From positions 1 to 32,955 of the forward strand of contig JAJYFH010000001.1 of the NCBI GenBank assembly GCA_021791015.1: a DNA stretch of 32,955 nucleotides, read 5' to 3'. The stretch is from a bacterium (lineage in GTDB: Bacteria > Patescibacteriota > CPR2 > UBA1875 > JAJYID01). A program made the position numbers and the translations under genes. The notes beneath the pieces are model-generated. The model did no database searches. It was given only the letters and a program-made list of their open reading frames with translations, and was not told the origin of the DNA. Below are positions 1-9,345 of the stretch, piece after piece. Position 1 is the stretch's first letter. Each line of letters begins with the position of its first letter.

Positions 1-2
1 TT

Positions 3-548
3 CACTTCATGCTTCCGCTCATCTTCGGTTTTTTCCTCTGGATTTACAAAAGGAAAGAATATTATAAATTTGCCGTCACTTTGCTGGTCTTGTCCTACCT
101 TGGCTTTCTGACTTACTTGTTTTTCCCGGCCATGCCGCCCTGGATGGCTTCTGACCAGGGAATTATCCCTCAAGTTTATAATGTTTTCGGCGCCACATTT
201 GCCACCTTTGTTCACAGTTCACATCTGCCGAGCGTTTATAATTTCTTTGACCCGGATCCTGTCGCCGCCATGCCATCACTGCATGCTGCTTACCCATTCC
301 TCGTCTACCTATTTATGGTGAAAATCTTCGGGAAGAAAGGACACTTATTCTTAATTTATGTGGCAATACTCACCTTTGCTATCATCTATACCGGGAACCA
401 TTATGTTATAGATGCGCTCTTTGGCTACTTATATGCCTATGTTAGCTTCGTAGGAGTCGAATACATCTGGAAAAAAGTTGCGGCAAAGCTGGCGGCCAGA
501 AAGCAAAAACCGGCAGAAGCGCCGGCCTTTGCAGAGTCTGAGATTTAA
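3..548 (+). CDS. PAP2-superfamily membrane protein (AUR1/inositol-phosphorylceramide-synthase-like), probably 5'-truncated by the window edge
   Basis: Motifs FPAMPPW, AAMPSLHAA and NHYVIDAL; hydrophobic; the frame is open to the window start. Confidence 0.8.
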   Translation, partial: HFMLPLIFGFFLWIYKRKEYYKFAVTLLVLSYLGFLTYLFFPAMPPWMASDQGIIPQVYNVFGATFATFVHSSHLPSVYNFFDPDPVAAMPSLHAAYPFLVYLFMVKIFGKKGHLFLIYVAILTFAIIYTGNHYVIDALFGYLYAYVSFVGVEYIWKKVAAKLAARKQKPAEAPAFAESEI

Positions 549-553
549 TATTT

Positions 554-1744
554 TTATCTGGTAATCATTTTCCTGAAAAGAGGTACGGCGATTACCAAAG
601 TCACCGCGCCAAAAGCAACTAGCACTATGAGTTCATTTGTAACCTGCGAGATGCCCGCGCCTAGAATAATGACTTTTCGCAGCGCCTCAATGGCATATGT
701 CAGCGGCAGAAGGTGGGCTATGTCCTGCATCACTTGCGGCATTTGCTGGATCGGGAAAAATGCGCCAGAAAGGAAAAGCATCGGAAACTGGAACATGAAA
801 AGCAGCTGAGTTGCCGTCTCCTGTTCCGCCGTTGCAGATGAGACTAGGATGCCGAGGCCAACAAATGAGAATATGCCAAGCAAAAGCAAAAGTATTACAA
901 GCAGAATACTGCCGTTTATAGTGACTCCGAAGAGAAACATCGCAAGCAATAGGACAATGGCGCCTTGAGCCAAACCGCGGATTGACTGCGAAGCAGCTTT
1001 GCCTAAAATAATTGCCAAACGGCTGATGGGTGATATAAGGATGCCATCAAGCGTACCCTGCTCGCGTTCCCTGGATACAGATGCCGCAAGCCCGGTCAGA
1101 ACAGCCGTCATCACCACCATGGCCATTATTCCCGGAGCGACAAACTCAAAGTAGTTGGTATCACCCGGCAAGATGCCCTCGAGCCTTGACTGGATTGGCT
1201 GGATGATAGCCCCGGGATTTAACCCCTTAGCGCCGGTCTTAGCAACTAAAACACTTACCTTTTGTTTTCCGATTTGCTGGCCAAAACCCTGGATAATATT
1301 TGTGAGTGTTTGCGTAGTGATGCCGGAAATCTGCGGGTTCGACTGGTCCTCGACTATAGTGACATCTGCCTGTTGACCGGCTTGAAGCTTCCGGGAGAAA
1401 TCAGGAGGGACAACAATTCCGCCATTTATTTCCTGTTTCTTTATGCCGTCTTTTACCGCGTCCATACTGTTGTAATCTTTAGTTTGAAATGCCTTATTTC
1501 CGCTTGTTATTTCCAGATTTTTAATGACGCTAAGCAGCTGATCACCCGTTTTGCCATTCTCATTGACTACGCCAATAGGAACATTTTTGATAGAGGTCTG
1601 GGAAGGAAAAATAAATCCCGTCAGAACCATCATGAATATCGGCATGATAACGAAAGTTATAAGACGAATCCTGTCTCTTGCGAACTCAAGCAGATCCTTT
1701 TTTGTTATTTGCAATAAATCACCAAGTACATGTTTCATTTTCAA
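554..1744 (-). CDS. ABC-2 type exporter permease (YhhJ/YbhR-like)
   Basis: N-terminal TM helix, large extracellular loop, EREQGTL motif, C-terminal TM bundle with LSGAFFP and LPLTY. Confidence 0.9.
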   Translation of the reverse strand: MKMKHVLGDLLQITKKDLLEFARDRIRLITFVIMPIFMMVLTGFIFPSQTSIKNVPIGVVNENGKTGDQLLSVIKNLEITSGNKAFQTKDYNSMDAVKDGIKKQEINGGIVVPPDFSRKLQAGQQADVTIVEDQSNPQISGITTQTLTNIIQGFGQQIGKQKVSVLVAKTGAKGLNPGAIIQPIQSRLEGILPGDTNYFEFVAPGIMAMVVMTAVLTGLAASVSREREQGTLDGILISPISRLAIILGKAASQSIRGLAQGAIVLLLAMFLFGVTINGSILLVILLLLLGIFSFVGLGILVSSATAEQETATQLLFMFQFPMLFLSGAFFPIQQMPQVMQDIAHLLPLTYAIEALRKVIILGAGISQVTNELIVLVAFGAVTLVIAVPLFRKMITR

Positions 1745-1797
1745 TTTCCTTTTTTACCTAATTTCCTACTCCCTAATTACCTATTTACCCGACTCTC

Positions 1798-2637
1798 CTA
1801 CCTCACTCTCTTTCCGGCGTTTCCGCCCCAGTGTCCCGGACCGCCGCCATCTCTTTTCGGTTTTCCCTTTCTATCTCTTATCTCAAGTCCCGTTACTTGC
1901 AAAAATACATCTTCCAAAGTCGGGTTTTCCTTGCCTTTCACTTTCCTTTTCAAATTCGTGACTGTATCCATTGCCTGAATCTTGCCGTGGTCTATAATGG
2001 CGACTCTCTCGGACAAGGCTTCCGCTTCAATCATGTCGTGGGTGGTCAAAATGATAGTGATGCCTTTTTCGTTTAACTCCTGGATAAATGTGCGAATCAT
2101 GAATGTCGTCTGAGGGTCGAGGCCCAAAGTCGGCTCATCTAGAAATAAGATATCAGGCTCAGTGAGAAGGGCCCGTACGATATTGATCCTCTGCTTCATG
2201 CCGGTAGAGTAAGTGGCAGCTTGCGCATCTTTCCACTCTTCCATGCCGAGCCTTTTAATCCACTTCTCGGCCCGCTCATGGATGACTTCCTTAGACAAAT
2301 GGTTCAGCCTGCCGAAAAACTCCAGATTTTCCATGGCAGACAAGTGGTTGTAGAGAATAATTTTCTCAGCTACCAGGCCGATATGCTGGCGAACGTTGTC
2401 CTGATCTTTCTTTATGTCAAAACCTTCGATAGTCGCTGATCCCGATGTCGGGGTTAAGAGTGTTGTCAGCATGCGAATGGTGGTTGATTTTCCGGCGCCG
2501 TTCGGCCCCAAAAAACCGAAAATCTCTCCTCTTTTTACTTCAAGAGAAATAGAATCAACCGCCGTAAAGCTTTTGAATTTTTTGGTTAAACTTTTAACCT
2601 CAATGATGTTTTTTGATTTTTCTGCCATGTTTTTCAT
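1798..2637 (-). CDS. ABC exporter ATP-binding protein (DrrA-like)
   Basis: Walker A GPNGAGKST, YSTGMKQR signature, LFLDEPT Walker B, TTH switch, C-terminal PTLEDVFL. Confidence 0.95.
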   Translation of the reverse strand: MKNMAEKSKNIIEVKSLTKKFKSFTAVDSISLEVKRGEIFGFLGPNGAGKSTTIRMLTTLLTPTSGSATIEGFDIKKDQDNVRQHIGLVAEKIILYNHLSAMENLEFFGRLNHLSKEVIHERAEKWIKRLGMEEWKDAQAATYSTGMKQRINIVRALLTEPDILFLDEPTLGLDPQTTFMIRTFIQELNEKGITIILTTHDMIEAEALSERVAIIDHGKIQAMDTVTNLKRKVKGKENPTLEDVFLQVTGLEIRDRKGKPKRDGGGPGHWGGNAGKRVR

Positions 2638-2716
2638 CTCTACCTTTCAACTTTAATGCGTTTTATACTAAATACAATATACTGAATACTATACACTGCA
2701 TACTGCAACTTGTTGC

Positions 2717-2947
2717 CTAGCTTTCTTCCAAAATTTCGTTTATTTCAGCATGCCTTTTCTCAAGCTCTTTAGAAAACTGCTTGAAGCTGGATAACTTTGT
2801 CAGGAAGATGCCTTTGTCTTTTACACCAAAAACAAGCATTTTTTCACCTTTTTCCAGGTTCAAGATTTCTCGCGCCTCAGCCGGTATCACAACCTGCCCG
2901 CGCTCACCCATGGTTGTCGAACCGTAAAATTTTCTCTTAAACATCAT
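2717..2947 (-). CDS. AbrB/MazE/SpoVT family DNA-binding regulator
   Basis: MGERGQVVIPAEAREILNLEKGE motif; first gene of the ABC operon. Confidence 0.9.
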   Translation of the reverse strand: MMFKRKFYGSTTMGERGQVVIPAEAREILNLEKGEKMLVFGVKDKGIFLTKLSSFKQFSKELEKRHAEINEILEES

Positions 2948-3015
2948 TCTCTCTCCTTTCTAAACCCTGTTGCCCGCAAATATCCTTTCGAATTAATGAC
3001 TCCGCCGTATTCCTA

Positions 3016-3072
3016 TCATACATGTATGAAATGTATGAAGTATATTTTAATCGACCTTGGCAATAGTGTCAA
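3016..3072 (-). promoter_or_regulatory. sigma70 promoter with candidate operator for the AbrB-ABC operon
   Basis: Minus strand TTGACA (3072-3067), 17 nt, TAAAAT (3049-3044); perfect palindrome TCATACATGTATGA at 3016-3029 plus tandem ATGTATGAA x2. Confidence 0.75.
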
Positions 3073-3141
3073 CAAATTTATAACATTTTATGGCTTGCCG
3101 TCACTTTGCAGGATATTGTGCATCTAAAAATCCTTGTTACT

Positions 3142-3245
3142 CGTCATTCTGGCTTGCCTGCCCGTTCCGAAGCTTTGAGCGAAGGAGGGTCCAGAATCTT
3201 TCACTTAAATGTTGACTCTTTGATTCTGGACAAGCCGGAATGACA
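3142..3245. repeat. GTCATT-type palindromic REP-like dimer with nested insert
   Basis: GTCATTCTGGCTTG[insert]TCCAGAATC ... GATTCTGGACAAGCCGGAATGAC. Confidence 0.8.
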
Positions 3246-3311
3246 AACATTTTAGGTAAAATAAAAAGGAAATTTATTTTGCAACCATTTAAAATAAGAT
3301 ATAATCTCCTT

Positions 3312-4034
3312 ATGGCAATCATTTTTACTATTATCACCTTCTTCTCAACGTTAGCCGGCGGCTTGGCCAGCATTAAATACAAGCACAAAATGCACTTGAT
3401 TTTAGGATTTACAGCCGGTGTAGTACTCGGACTCGTAGCCTTTGATCTCTTGCCGGAAATATTTGGGTTAATAGAAAAAACAGGCATGCCTGCCCGCCTC
3501 CCGATGATCGCTTTGGTGGTCGGCTTCCTTATCTTCCACATTCTGGAAAAAACCTTGCTGATCCACCACGGGCAAGAGGAAAATTACCCGACTCATCATC
3601 ACCCGTCCGTGGGGAAATTATCTTCGCTTGCCCTAATCGGCCATTCGTTTTTTGACGGCATCGGCATAGGCCTTGGCTTCCAGGTATCTCCCGCTATCGG
3701 CTTCTTGATAGCAGTCGCTGTCATCGGCCATGATTTTTGCGATGGCCTAAATACCGGCTCGCTCATGATAATTAATAAAAATAATTTAAAAGACACCCTT
3801 GGATATATCCTGGGCGACGCGATCGCCCCTATACTCGGAGCGATCTCAACGCTTTTTTTCAGGCTGCCGGAAAACTATCTCGTGCTTTATCTGGGGTTTT
3901 TTGCCGGATTTTTACTCTACATCGGGCTCGAGGACATCCTGCCTGAGGCTCACAGCAAGAAATTTTCTTTCAATACCGTCCTTATGACCATTCTTGGCAC
4001 AATTTTTATCTTTCTAATTGCCCAAGTGGCCTAG
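3312..4034 (+). CDS. ZIP family divalent metal transporter
   Basis: His-rich loop HHGQEENYPTHHH, HSFFDGIGIG, HDFCDG, DILPEAH; start moved to ATG 3312, 6 nt after TATAAT (3300-3305). Confidence 0.9.
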   Translation: MAIIFTIITFFSTLAGGLASIKYKHKMHLILGFTAGVVLGLVAFDLLPEIFGLIEKTGMPARLPMIALVVGFLIFHILEKTLLIHHGQEENYPTHHHPSVGKLSSLALIGHSFFDGIGIGLGFQVSPAIGFLIAVAVIGHDFCDGLNTGSLMIINKNNLKDTLGYILGDAIAPILGAISTLFFRLPENYLVLYLGFFAGFLLYIGLEDILPEAHSKKFSFNTVLMTILGTIFIFLIAQVA

Positions 4035-4649
4035 CTAAACGACCCCACTGTTCCGTCTCAGCTCCCAAACACTTATACCCATCTCTTTAAGTGTATCAGT
4101 CAAATCACCGAGGGGTAGTCCCATAATATTTAAAAAATCTCCTTCTATCTTTTCTATAAGAATCGCTCCCAAGGTTTGAATAGCAAACGAGCCTGCCTTG
4201 TCAAGCGGGTCACCGCTTGCAACATACTCATTAATATCCTCATCTGTTAAATCTTTCAGTGTAACGCTTGCTTCGGACACCTTAGATTTAACCTCATCTG
4301 TCATGGTATTGATTATTGTAAAACCTGTTATGATTGAAACTTTTTGACCGCTAAGCTTCTTAAGGGTTTGTTTCGCTTCTTCCGGCGACCTCGGTTTGCC
4401 CAAAAGATTGCCCTGAAAAACTATAAATGTATCTGCGCCTATAACAAGAGCATTGGTGTGTTTGGATGCCACTGTTTCTGCCTTACCCCTAGAGAGGTGA
4501 ATTGCTAAATCTGCTGGTGGTAGATCCAAAGACATATTTTCTTCATAGGAATTCCCCTCAATCTTGAAGGGAATTCCTAATTTTTGAAGAATCTCTTTTC
4601 TTCTAGGAGAGGCGGAAGCCAAAATAATCTGATTTACCATCTTTTCCAT
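4035..4649 (-). CDS. maf: Maf family nucleoside triphosphate pyrophosphatase
   Basis: ILASASPRR, IGADT, LGKP, DKAGSFAIQ and NIMGLP motifs. Confidence 0.93.
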   Translation of the reverse strand: MEKMVNQIILASASPRRKEILQKLGIPFKIEGNSYEENMSLDLPPADLAIHLSRGKAETVASKHTNALVIGADTFIVFQGNLLGKPRSPEEAKQTLKKLSGQKVSIITGFTIINTMTDEVKSKVSEASVTLKDLTDEDINEYVASGDPLDKAGSFAIQTLGAILIEKIEGDFLNIMGLPLGDLTDTLKEMGISVWELRRNSGVV

Positions 4650-4682
4650 GTGATTCAGTTTACCACACAGAAAAGAACTTTC

Positions 4683-5192
4683 CTAAATATCGAGGTATTC
4701 GATTTTTTTTTCCTCTTTTTTGAGCGCATCTTCGGCCTTTTTCAAGAGATCGTCTGAAATCTTGTCTTTCAGGTCCTTGGGCTTTTTGGCAACGAGCAGT
4801 TCGGCAGAACTGACATCTTGCAGGTATTCGCCCTTTTTCTTCCAATCTTTCGGGTTGGTGATGAGATTTGCCTTGCAAACCGTGGTCAGATGGATGGCCA
4901 CGCTTCCTTTTTGCGTCTCGTAAATCTTGGCCTGCTGCCAATATTCTTTGTCGCGCGAAAAACCTCTCCATTTACCAACTTGATTGCCGATAAATCTCTG
5001 TTCGCGTATGGCGTCCTTTAACCCCACGCCCACACTGATCTCACGCATCTCCCCCTTCAGTGCCTTAGATCTGTCGACGAATTCCCTGAGAGCTCTGGAA
5101 ATGACGCTAGATAGCGCTTCTCCGGCGATTTCTTTTGCCTCTTTGTAGACGTTTTCGTCCTTGCTTGATACGTAAATGGTTTTGTTTGCCAT
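4683..5192 (-). CDS. EXLDI family protein (putative N-terminal DNA-binding domain)
   Basis: Starts MANKTIYVS...LSSVISRALREFV and ends IEYLDI. Confidence 0.8.
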   Translation of the reverse strand: MANKTIYVSSKDENVYKEAKEIAGEALSSVISRALREFVDRSKALKGEMREISVGVGLKDAIREQRFIGNQVGKWRGFSRDKEYWQQAKIYETQKGSVAIHLTTVCKANLITNPKDWKKKGEYLQDVSSAELLVAKKPKDLKDKISDDLLKKAEDALKKEEKKIEYLDI

Positions 5193-5244
5193 TTTTTCCT
5201 CTCTTTCTTGCTGAATTTACAGCAAATTTAATAGTATTAATATA

Positions 5245-5273
5245 AGTATATTTATACACATACCCTTTGTCAA
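5245..5273 (-). promoter_or_regulatory. sigma70 promoter of the EXLDI gene
   Basis: Minus strand TTGACA (5273-5268), 17 nt, TATACT (5250-5245). Confidence 0.75.
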
Positions 5274-5315
5274 GTACTTTTTTATAAAAGTTTAAATGTG
5301 TATATATCCCTCCTT

Positions 5316-5408
5316 TGTCATTCTGAACTTGACTGAAGAATCTATATCAATAAAATACTGGATTCCGGATCAACTGATTATATTTTAAATGTTTAGTCCG
5401 GAATGACA
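5316..5408. repeat. GTCATT-type palindromic REP-like dimer with conserved loop insert
   Basis: TGTCATTCTGAAC...GAATC ... GATTCCGGATCAA[CTGATTATATTTT..TA]GTCCGGAATGACA. Confidence 0.8.
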
Positions 5409-5467
5409 TCGTAAATGTAAGCAAATTCTTTATTGAAGGATGAGCTTCCAAAATCTATAATTACCTT

Positions 5468-6040
5468 ATGGAAAAGATTGTTCCCATCTTCTGGCTTATC
5501 TTCCTGGCTTTTTGGGCCGTGACCGCATTCTTGGCCAAACCCAAGGAAGAAATGGTATCAACCGACAGTGTCGGCGGGGTTCGCGGTATCCTGATCGGCA
5601 TCATCATCTTCATAATCCTGCTCAGACATTTTGCCGGCGCACATCTCGGCTTTCTCTTTCAAAATATCATCACATTTCCTTTGTCTATCGAGAAAATCGG
5701 CATCGGCATCCTGGCTGTCGGCTTGGCCGTAGCCCTCTATGCCAGATATTTCCTGGGGCGAAACTGGAGCGGGCGGGTATCATTTCAGAAAAATCAGGAG
5801 CTTGTCACCTCCGGCCTCTACCGGTACATCCGCCACCCGATCTATCTCGGCATAATGCTCATGGGCGTCGGCACTTTGGCAGTTGTAAACTTTAGCTTTG
5901 TAGTAATTGGAGCCATTTTGGTTGCAATATCTTTTTTCCAAAGAATTAAAAAAGAAGAAGAGCTCATGACGAAGCATTTCCCGAAGGAATACGCCAAGTA
6001 CCAACGCCGCACCAAAAAACTCATCCCGTTTGTTTGGTAG
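5468..6040 (+). CDS. Isoprenylcysteine carboxyl methyltransferase (Ste14/ICMT-like) family membrane protein
   Basis: LGRNWS, LVTSGLYRYIRHPIYLG, EEELM...F..EY..Y..RTKKLIPF. Confidence 0.9.
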   Translation: MEKIVPIFWLIFLAFWAVTAFLAKPKEEMVSTDSVGGVRGILIGIIIFIILLRHFAGAHLGFLFQNIITFPLSIEKIGIGILAVGLAVALYARYFLGRNWSGRVSFQKNQELVTSGLYRYIRHPIYLGIMLMGVGTLAVVNFSFVVIGAILVAISFFQRIKKEEELMTKHFPKEYAKYQRRTKKLIPFVW

Positions 6041-6043
6041 AAC

Positions 6044-6664
6044 CTAATTTAGCTTTTTGATAATCGTCTGATCTTTGGTATTTATCAGCTCAAAGTCATA
6101 ACTGCTTTCCCCGCTGAAAAATTTCTGGATGTGCCTTTCATAAAAATCAGTATTATCAATAACCATATAGCCTCCCTTAATGAGACGTGGAAACAGATTT
6201 TTATACTCAAAAGTCACGGTCTCCGGCAGATGGCTTCCATCCAGAAAAATAAAGCTAAATTTAGAAAAACTGTGTTCTTTGCCTTGAGACCAATAGTGAA
6301 CAGTGTCCATAATCTTAATGAAATCTTCTGAGGTCATGTGGTAATGGACGTGATTTTCATAGCCGGACAAAAGGTCCTTCATCTTTGTATAGAAATCACC
6401 GCCATATTTCCAGGGTTTACCGTCGTATGGCTTGTTGCCGCAAGGATCCACCGTTACCAACACTGTACCCGGATACATTTTTTCAATGATTTTTAAGAGT
6501 GCCAGAGCCGATCCGCCTCTGCGTGTGCCTATTTCTAAAAAAGGCGGCTGACCTTTTACTTTCGGTGTCTTGGCGGCATACTCAACAAGATTGTAAAAAT
6601 CCCGTTGATCGCCCTTGCTATCACTGTATGCAACAGATTCCTTAATGATTTTCGCTAACTCCAT
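6044..6664 (-). CDS. Class I SAM-dependent methyltransferase (Methyltransf_24-like)
   Basis: LEIGTRRGGS, FIFLDGSH and LIKGGYMVIDN motifs. Confidence 0.8.
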   Translation of the reverse strand: MELAKIIKESVAYSDSKGDQRDFYNLVEYAAKTPKVKGQPPFLEIGTRRGGSALALLKIIEKMYPGTVLVTVDPCGNKPYDGKPWKYGGDFYTKMKDLLSGYENHVHYHMTSEDFIKIMDTVHYWSQGKEHSFSKFSFIFLDGSHLPETVTFEYKNLFPRLIKGGYMVIDNTDFYERHIQKFFSGESSYDFELINTKDQTIIKKLN

Positions 6665-6704
6665 AAGAGCATTATACCAAAAAACTCATACCTATACCTT
6701 CAAT

Positions 6705-6732
6705 TGTCATTCCCGTGCAGACGGGAATCCAG
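6705..6732. repeat. Single palindromic repeat TGTCATTCCCG-N6-CGGGAATCCAG (dRS3/RPE-like)
   Basis: Perfect ATTCCCGT/ACGGGAAT stem; near-identical copy at 21597-21624. Confidence 0.8.
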
Positions 6733-6776
6733 AGAAAATAAGTCTGCACCAAAACGCTTTTTATAATATGGGAAAA

Positions 6777-7298
6777 TTAATCGTTAAGGTGTGTAATGGC
6801 ATAATCTGCTTCTGCTGGTGTAAACCTTTCACCACTGTCAGATGTTAGCTGATCATGAATAGCGGCTGGTGACATGTGCATGCTATCTTGGTAATCCTTC
6901 GCTTTGGCCAGGGCATTTGCGTTCCAATCGGCTTTTACATTATCTGCCGCATACTGTGCGGCAGCTGCCGAAAATTGCTCGCCATACTCTGAAACCAACT
7001 GATCATAGACACCTTTCTTAGACATATGCATTACATTTGCATACGAATCAGCCTTATCAAGGGCGGATTTATACTCGGCTGGCACCTCGGGTTGCTTTGG
7101 AGCAGGAGCTGGTTGAGATTTTGCTGTTGTGCTTGTGTTTGTTTTACTTGGTGCCGTAGGTGTTGAGGTTTTGTTTGTTGTGTTGCCTCCGCTTTGGGCG
7201 ACAGTAATTACGATAATTAATATTACGAATGCCAGCACTCCCGTCAGAACCTTGTGCCTGACAAACCAATTCTTTTTCTTTGTTGTTTCTTCTGCCAT
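6777..7298 (-). CDS. Ltp-family surface protein (two host-cell surface-exposed lipoprotein repeats), TM-anchored
   Basis: Two repeats AL.KA.SY...MHMS...YDQL.SE.GE.F....A.YA after a TM helix and a T/P-rich linker. Confidence 0.85.
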   Translation of the reverse strand: MAEETTKKKNWFVRHKVLTGVLAFVILIIVITVAQSGGNTTNKTSTPTAPSKTNTSTTAKSQPAPAPKQPEVPAEYKSALDKADSYANVMHMSKKGVYDQLVSEYGEQFSAAAAQYAADNVKADWNANALAKAKDYQDSMHMSPAAIHDQLTSDSGERFTPAEADYAITHLND

Positions 7299-7410
7299 TT
7301 CATCTCCTTTATGCTAATGCTACTTATTGGCTTCAATATAACATAAAAGTAAACAGAATGCTAGTTTTTAGCTGTAGAGTTATTGGCTTCATTTCCATAG
7401 CCTTGATTGT

Positions 7411-7627
7411 ATGGCTAAGAAAACCCAAGCTAAAATTAAATTTGGCAGAAAGTTAAGAGAAATAAGAAAAGCAACCGGCTTATCTCAGGAAGAGCTCGGC
7501 TTCAAGTCCGGCTTGCATAGAACTTATAGGATCAATCGAACGAGGAGAGCAAAATGTCTCCGTCGATAATATTTTCAAGCTGGCAAAAGCGCTCAAGAAA
7601 AAACCCAGAGACTTTTTTGATTTCTAA
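7411..7627 (+). pseudogene. XRE-family HTH regulator (C-protein-like), frameshifted
   Basis: FGRKLREIRKATGLSQEELGFKSGLHRTY, then a frame change at ~7527 to GSIERGEQNVSVDNIFKLAKAL...DF*; adding 2 nt restores a 72-aa protein. Confidence 0.8.
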
Positions 7628-7635
7628 GAAAAAAC

Positions 7636-8430
7636 CTAAACACTCAAATCCCGCCGGGAGTAAGTGAAGTAGGTTGAGGCGATGAGGACGACGGTAATTA
7701 TTAGAGATAAAACCATATAAAACGGGTCGAGGCCGTTTGTAATGATAGCATGGGCTTCGAAATATTTGAACGGCGAGAGATATTTCAAGAAGTCGAGCTT
7801 GTCGTTTAAGTTAATCACAAAATACAAAATGAAGGTGAGAAGCAGAACGCTCGTAGCGATAGAGGCGCTGGACTTCTGGTGTTTGTTTATGCCGGCCACT
7901 GCCGCGCCGACCGAGAAGAATATCAGCTGGAGGAATGCCAGTCCTGCCATGAGTAAGAGAATGTCGTGATTGGCCGAGGCGCCTTTGTTGAAGTATTGAA
8001 CCATATAGATCGATGATAATGTGGTGACGAGGTTGAAAATGACTAGAATGACAAACCCTGCCAGAAGCTTGCCGGTAATGGCCTTGGCTCTAGATATCGG
8101 CTTGGAAAAGAGAAATTCTGAAGTTTTGTCGCGCTCTTCCTTGGCGATCATGTCCGAACCGATGAGAGTCGCGTGAATGGCCGCCATTATTGCGATATAA
8201 ATAAAAAGCAAGCCGTAGAAACCGGCGGCGGTCGTCAGGTCAAAGCCGCTGATACCCAAAATTATCTGCACGCTTTTGGGAAACTGTGCCATGAGCTGGT
8301 TTATCGACTGGCCGGTCGACTGATAAGCGTCGTACTTGGCCATGCCTGAACCGATGAGCGCAATCATGCCGAGCGACCAGAAAAGGATTCCCTTCCAATG
8401 CGCTTTCAATTCTCTCAAAATTACATTCAT
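7636..8430 (-). CDS. ABC-2 type transporter permease
   Basis: IAKEERDKTSEFLFSKPISR, YLSPFKY and RRDL motifs. Confidence 0.9.
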   Translation of the reverse strand: MNVILRELKAHWKGILFWSLGMIALIGSGMAKYDAYQSTGQSINQLMAQFPKSVQIILGISGFDLTTAAGFYGLLFIYIAIMAAIHATLIGSDMIAKEERDKTSEFLFSKPISRAKAITGKLLAGFVILVIFNLVTTLSSIYMVQYFNKGASANHDILLLMAGLAFLQLIFFSVGAAVAGINKHQKSSASIATSVLLLTFILYFVINLNDKLDFLKYLSPFKYFEAHAIITNGLDPFYMVLSLIITVVLIASTYFTYSRRDLSV

Positions 8431-8457
8431 AATTTCTCCGCTTTTCCTTTAGCCATA

Positions 8458-8518
8458 GTCATTATGATCCGGCAACTGCCGGAGAATAATCGGGATCCTT
8501 CGTCCCTCAGGATGATGC
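8458..8518. repeat. Degenerate GTCAT-type palindromic repeat pair
   Basis: GTCATTATGA-TCCGGCAACTGCCGGA-GAATAATC and GATCCTTCGTCCCTCAGGATGA. Confidence 0.65.
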
Positions 8519-8530
8519 CAGTCAACACAT

Positions 8531-9331
8531 TCATGATGCTGCCCTCACATCTTTTTTAAGATAAATTATGAAGCTTGCAACGATGGCAACCGCGATGCAC
8601 ACCGCCTCAATGATGACGTATTTCCATTCGTAAGTGTTGTGGGCGATGATGTACTGGTAGTCGTAGAATTTAAATGGCGTTACGAGACGGACATTGTCAT
8701 TGCCGATGAAGGCGCCGATTGTCGAAACAATGAAGAAGGCAAAAACGGTCGGCAAAGTGACGCTGATTACGGATTTAATCTTGGGAATAATGACCGCAAA
8801 AAGCGCGCCGAGCGCCCAGAAAAATAATTGAACCAGAAAAAGCGTCGCGGAAATTAAGAAAAATGTTTTGGCGGAAAAGTTCGCGGTGGACACCACTCTG
8901 GCCACGCCGTATGACGCAAGCGAGAAAAAGATGTTAGTAGCGGCAAGAAGGACAAGCGCCGCAGACAGCTTGCTCGTCAAGACTTTCGTCCTGGTCACGG
9001 GCTTTGACAGCAGAAAGTCGGAGGTTTTGCCGGAATCTTCCTTGGAAATAATGCCGGTCCCGAGACTCATCGCCTGCGCCGCGCCGGCCAAAAGAACAAA
9101 GGTAAAGAGATAACCCAAGAAACCGAAGATGGTGAAGAAATTGTCCAGCGAGAGGCCGAGGGCGTTTCGATAAGCGGCCGGGATACCCGAGAGCATTTTT
9201 CTGGTGGCTTCGACGTCTTTTGTAAACCCCGGGTACAAAAGAAGAAAAACAATAGTAATTGCAGACAGCACCAGCACCCAGATGATGGTCGACTTCCTAT
9301 AGGCTTTAATTTCGCGCCAAAATATATTCAC
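8531..9331 (-). CDS. ABC-2 type transporter permease (paralog of 7636-8430)
   Basis: ISKEDSGKTSDFLLSKPVTR, TPFKFYD and KKDV motifs. Confidence 0.9.
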   Translation of the reverse strand: MNIFWREIKAYRKSTIIWVLVLSAITIVFLLLYPGFTKDVEATRKMLSGIPAAYRNALGLSLDNFFTIFGFLGYLFTFVLLAGAAQAMSLGTGIISKEDSGKTSDFLLSKPVTRTKVLTSKLSAALVLLAATNIFFSLASYGVARVVSTANFSAKTFFLISATLFLVQLFFWALGALFAVIIPKIKSVISVTLPTVFAFFIVSTIGAFIGNDNVRLVTPFKFYDYQYIIAHNTYEWKYVIIEAVCIAVAIVASFIIYLKKDVRAAS

Positions 9332-9345
9332 TCTTTCTCCTCTTA

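Noticed and set aside
2660..2710. Short ATACT-like periodic repeats (similar low-complexity runs at 1745-1797 and 19505-19579)
   Set aside because: Degenerate low-complexity intergenic sequence with no supportable function.
3240..3311. Longer start for the ZIP transporter
   Set aside because: It begins inside a palindromic repeat and spans the promoter.
4660..4971. Alternative-frame and antisense ORFs in the track (e.g. 4660-4971, 1262-1717, 13695-13994, 22064-22477, 30464-30883, 32711-32917)
   Set aside because: They are shadows of well-supported genes, with no recognisable motifs or translation signals.
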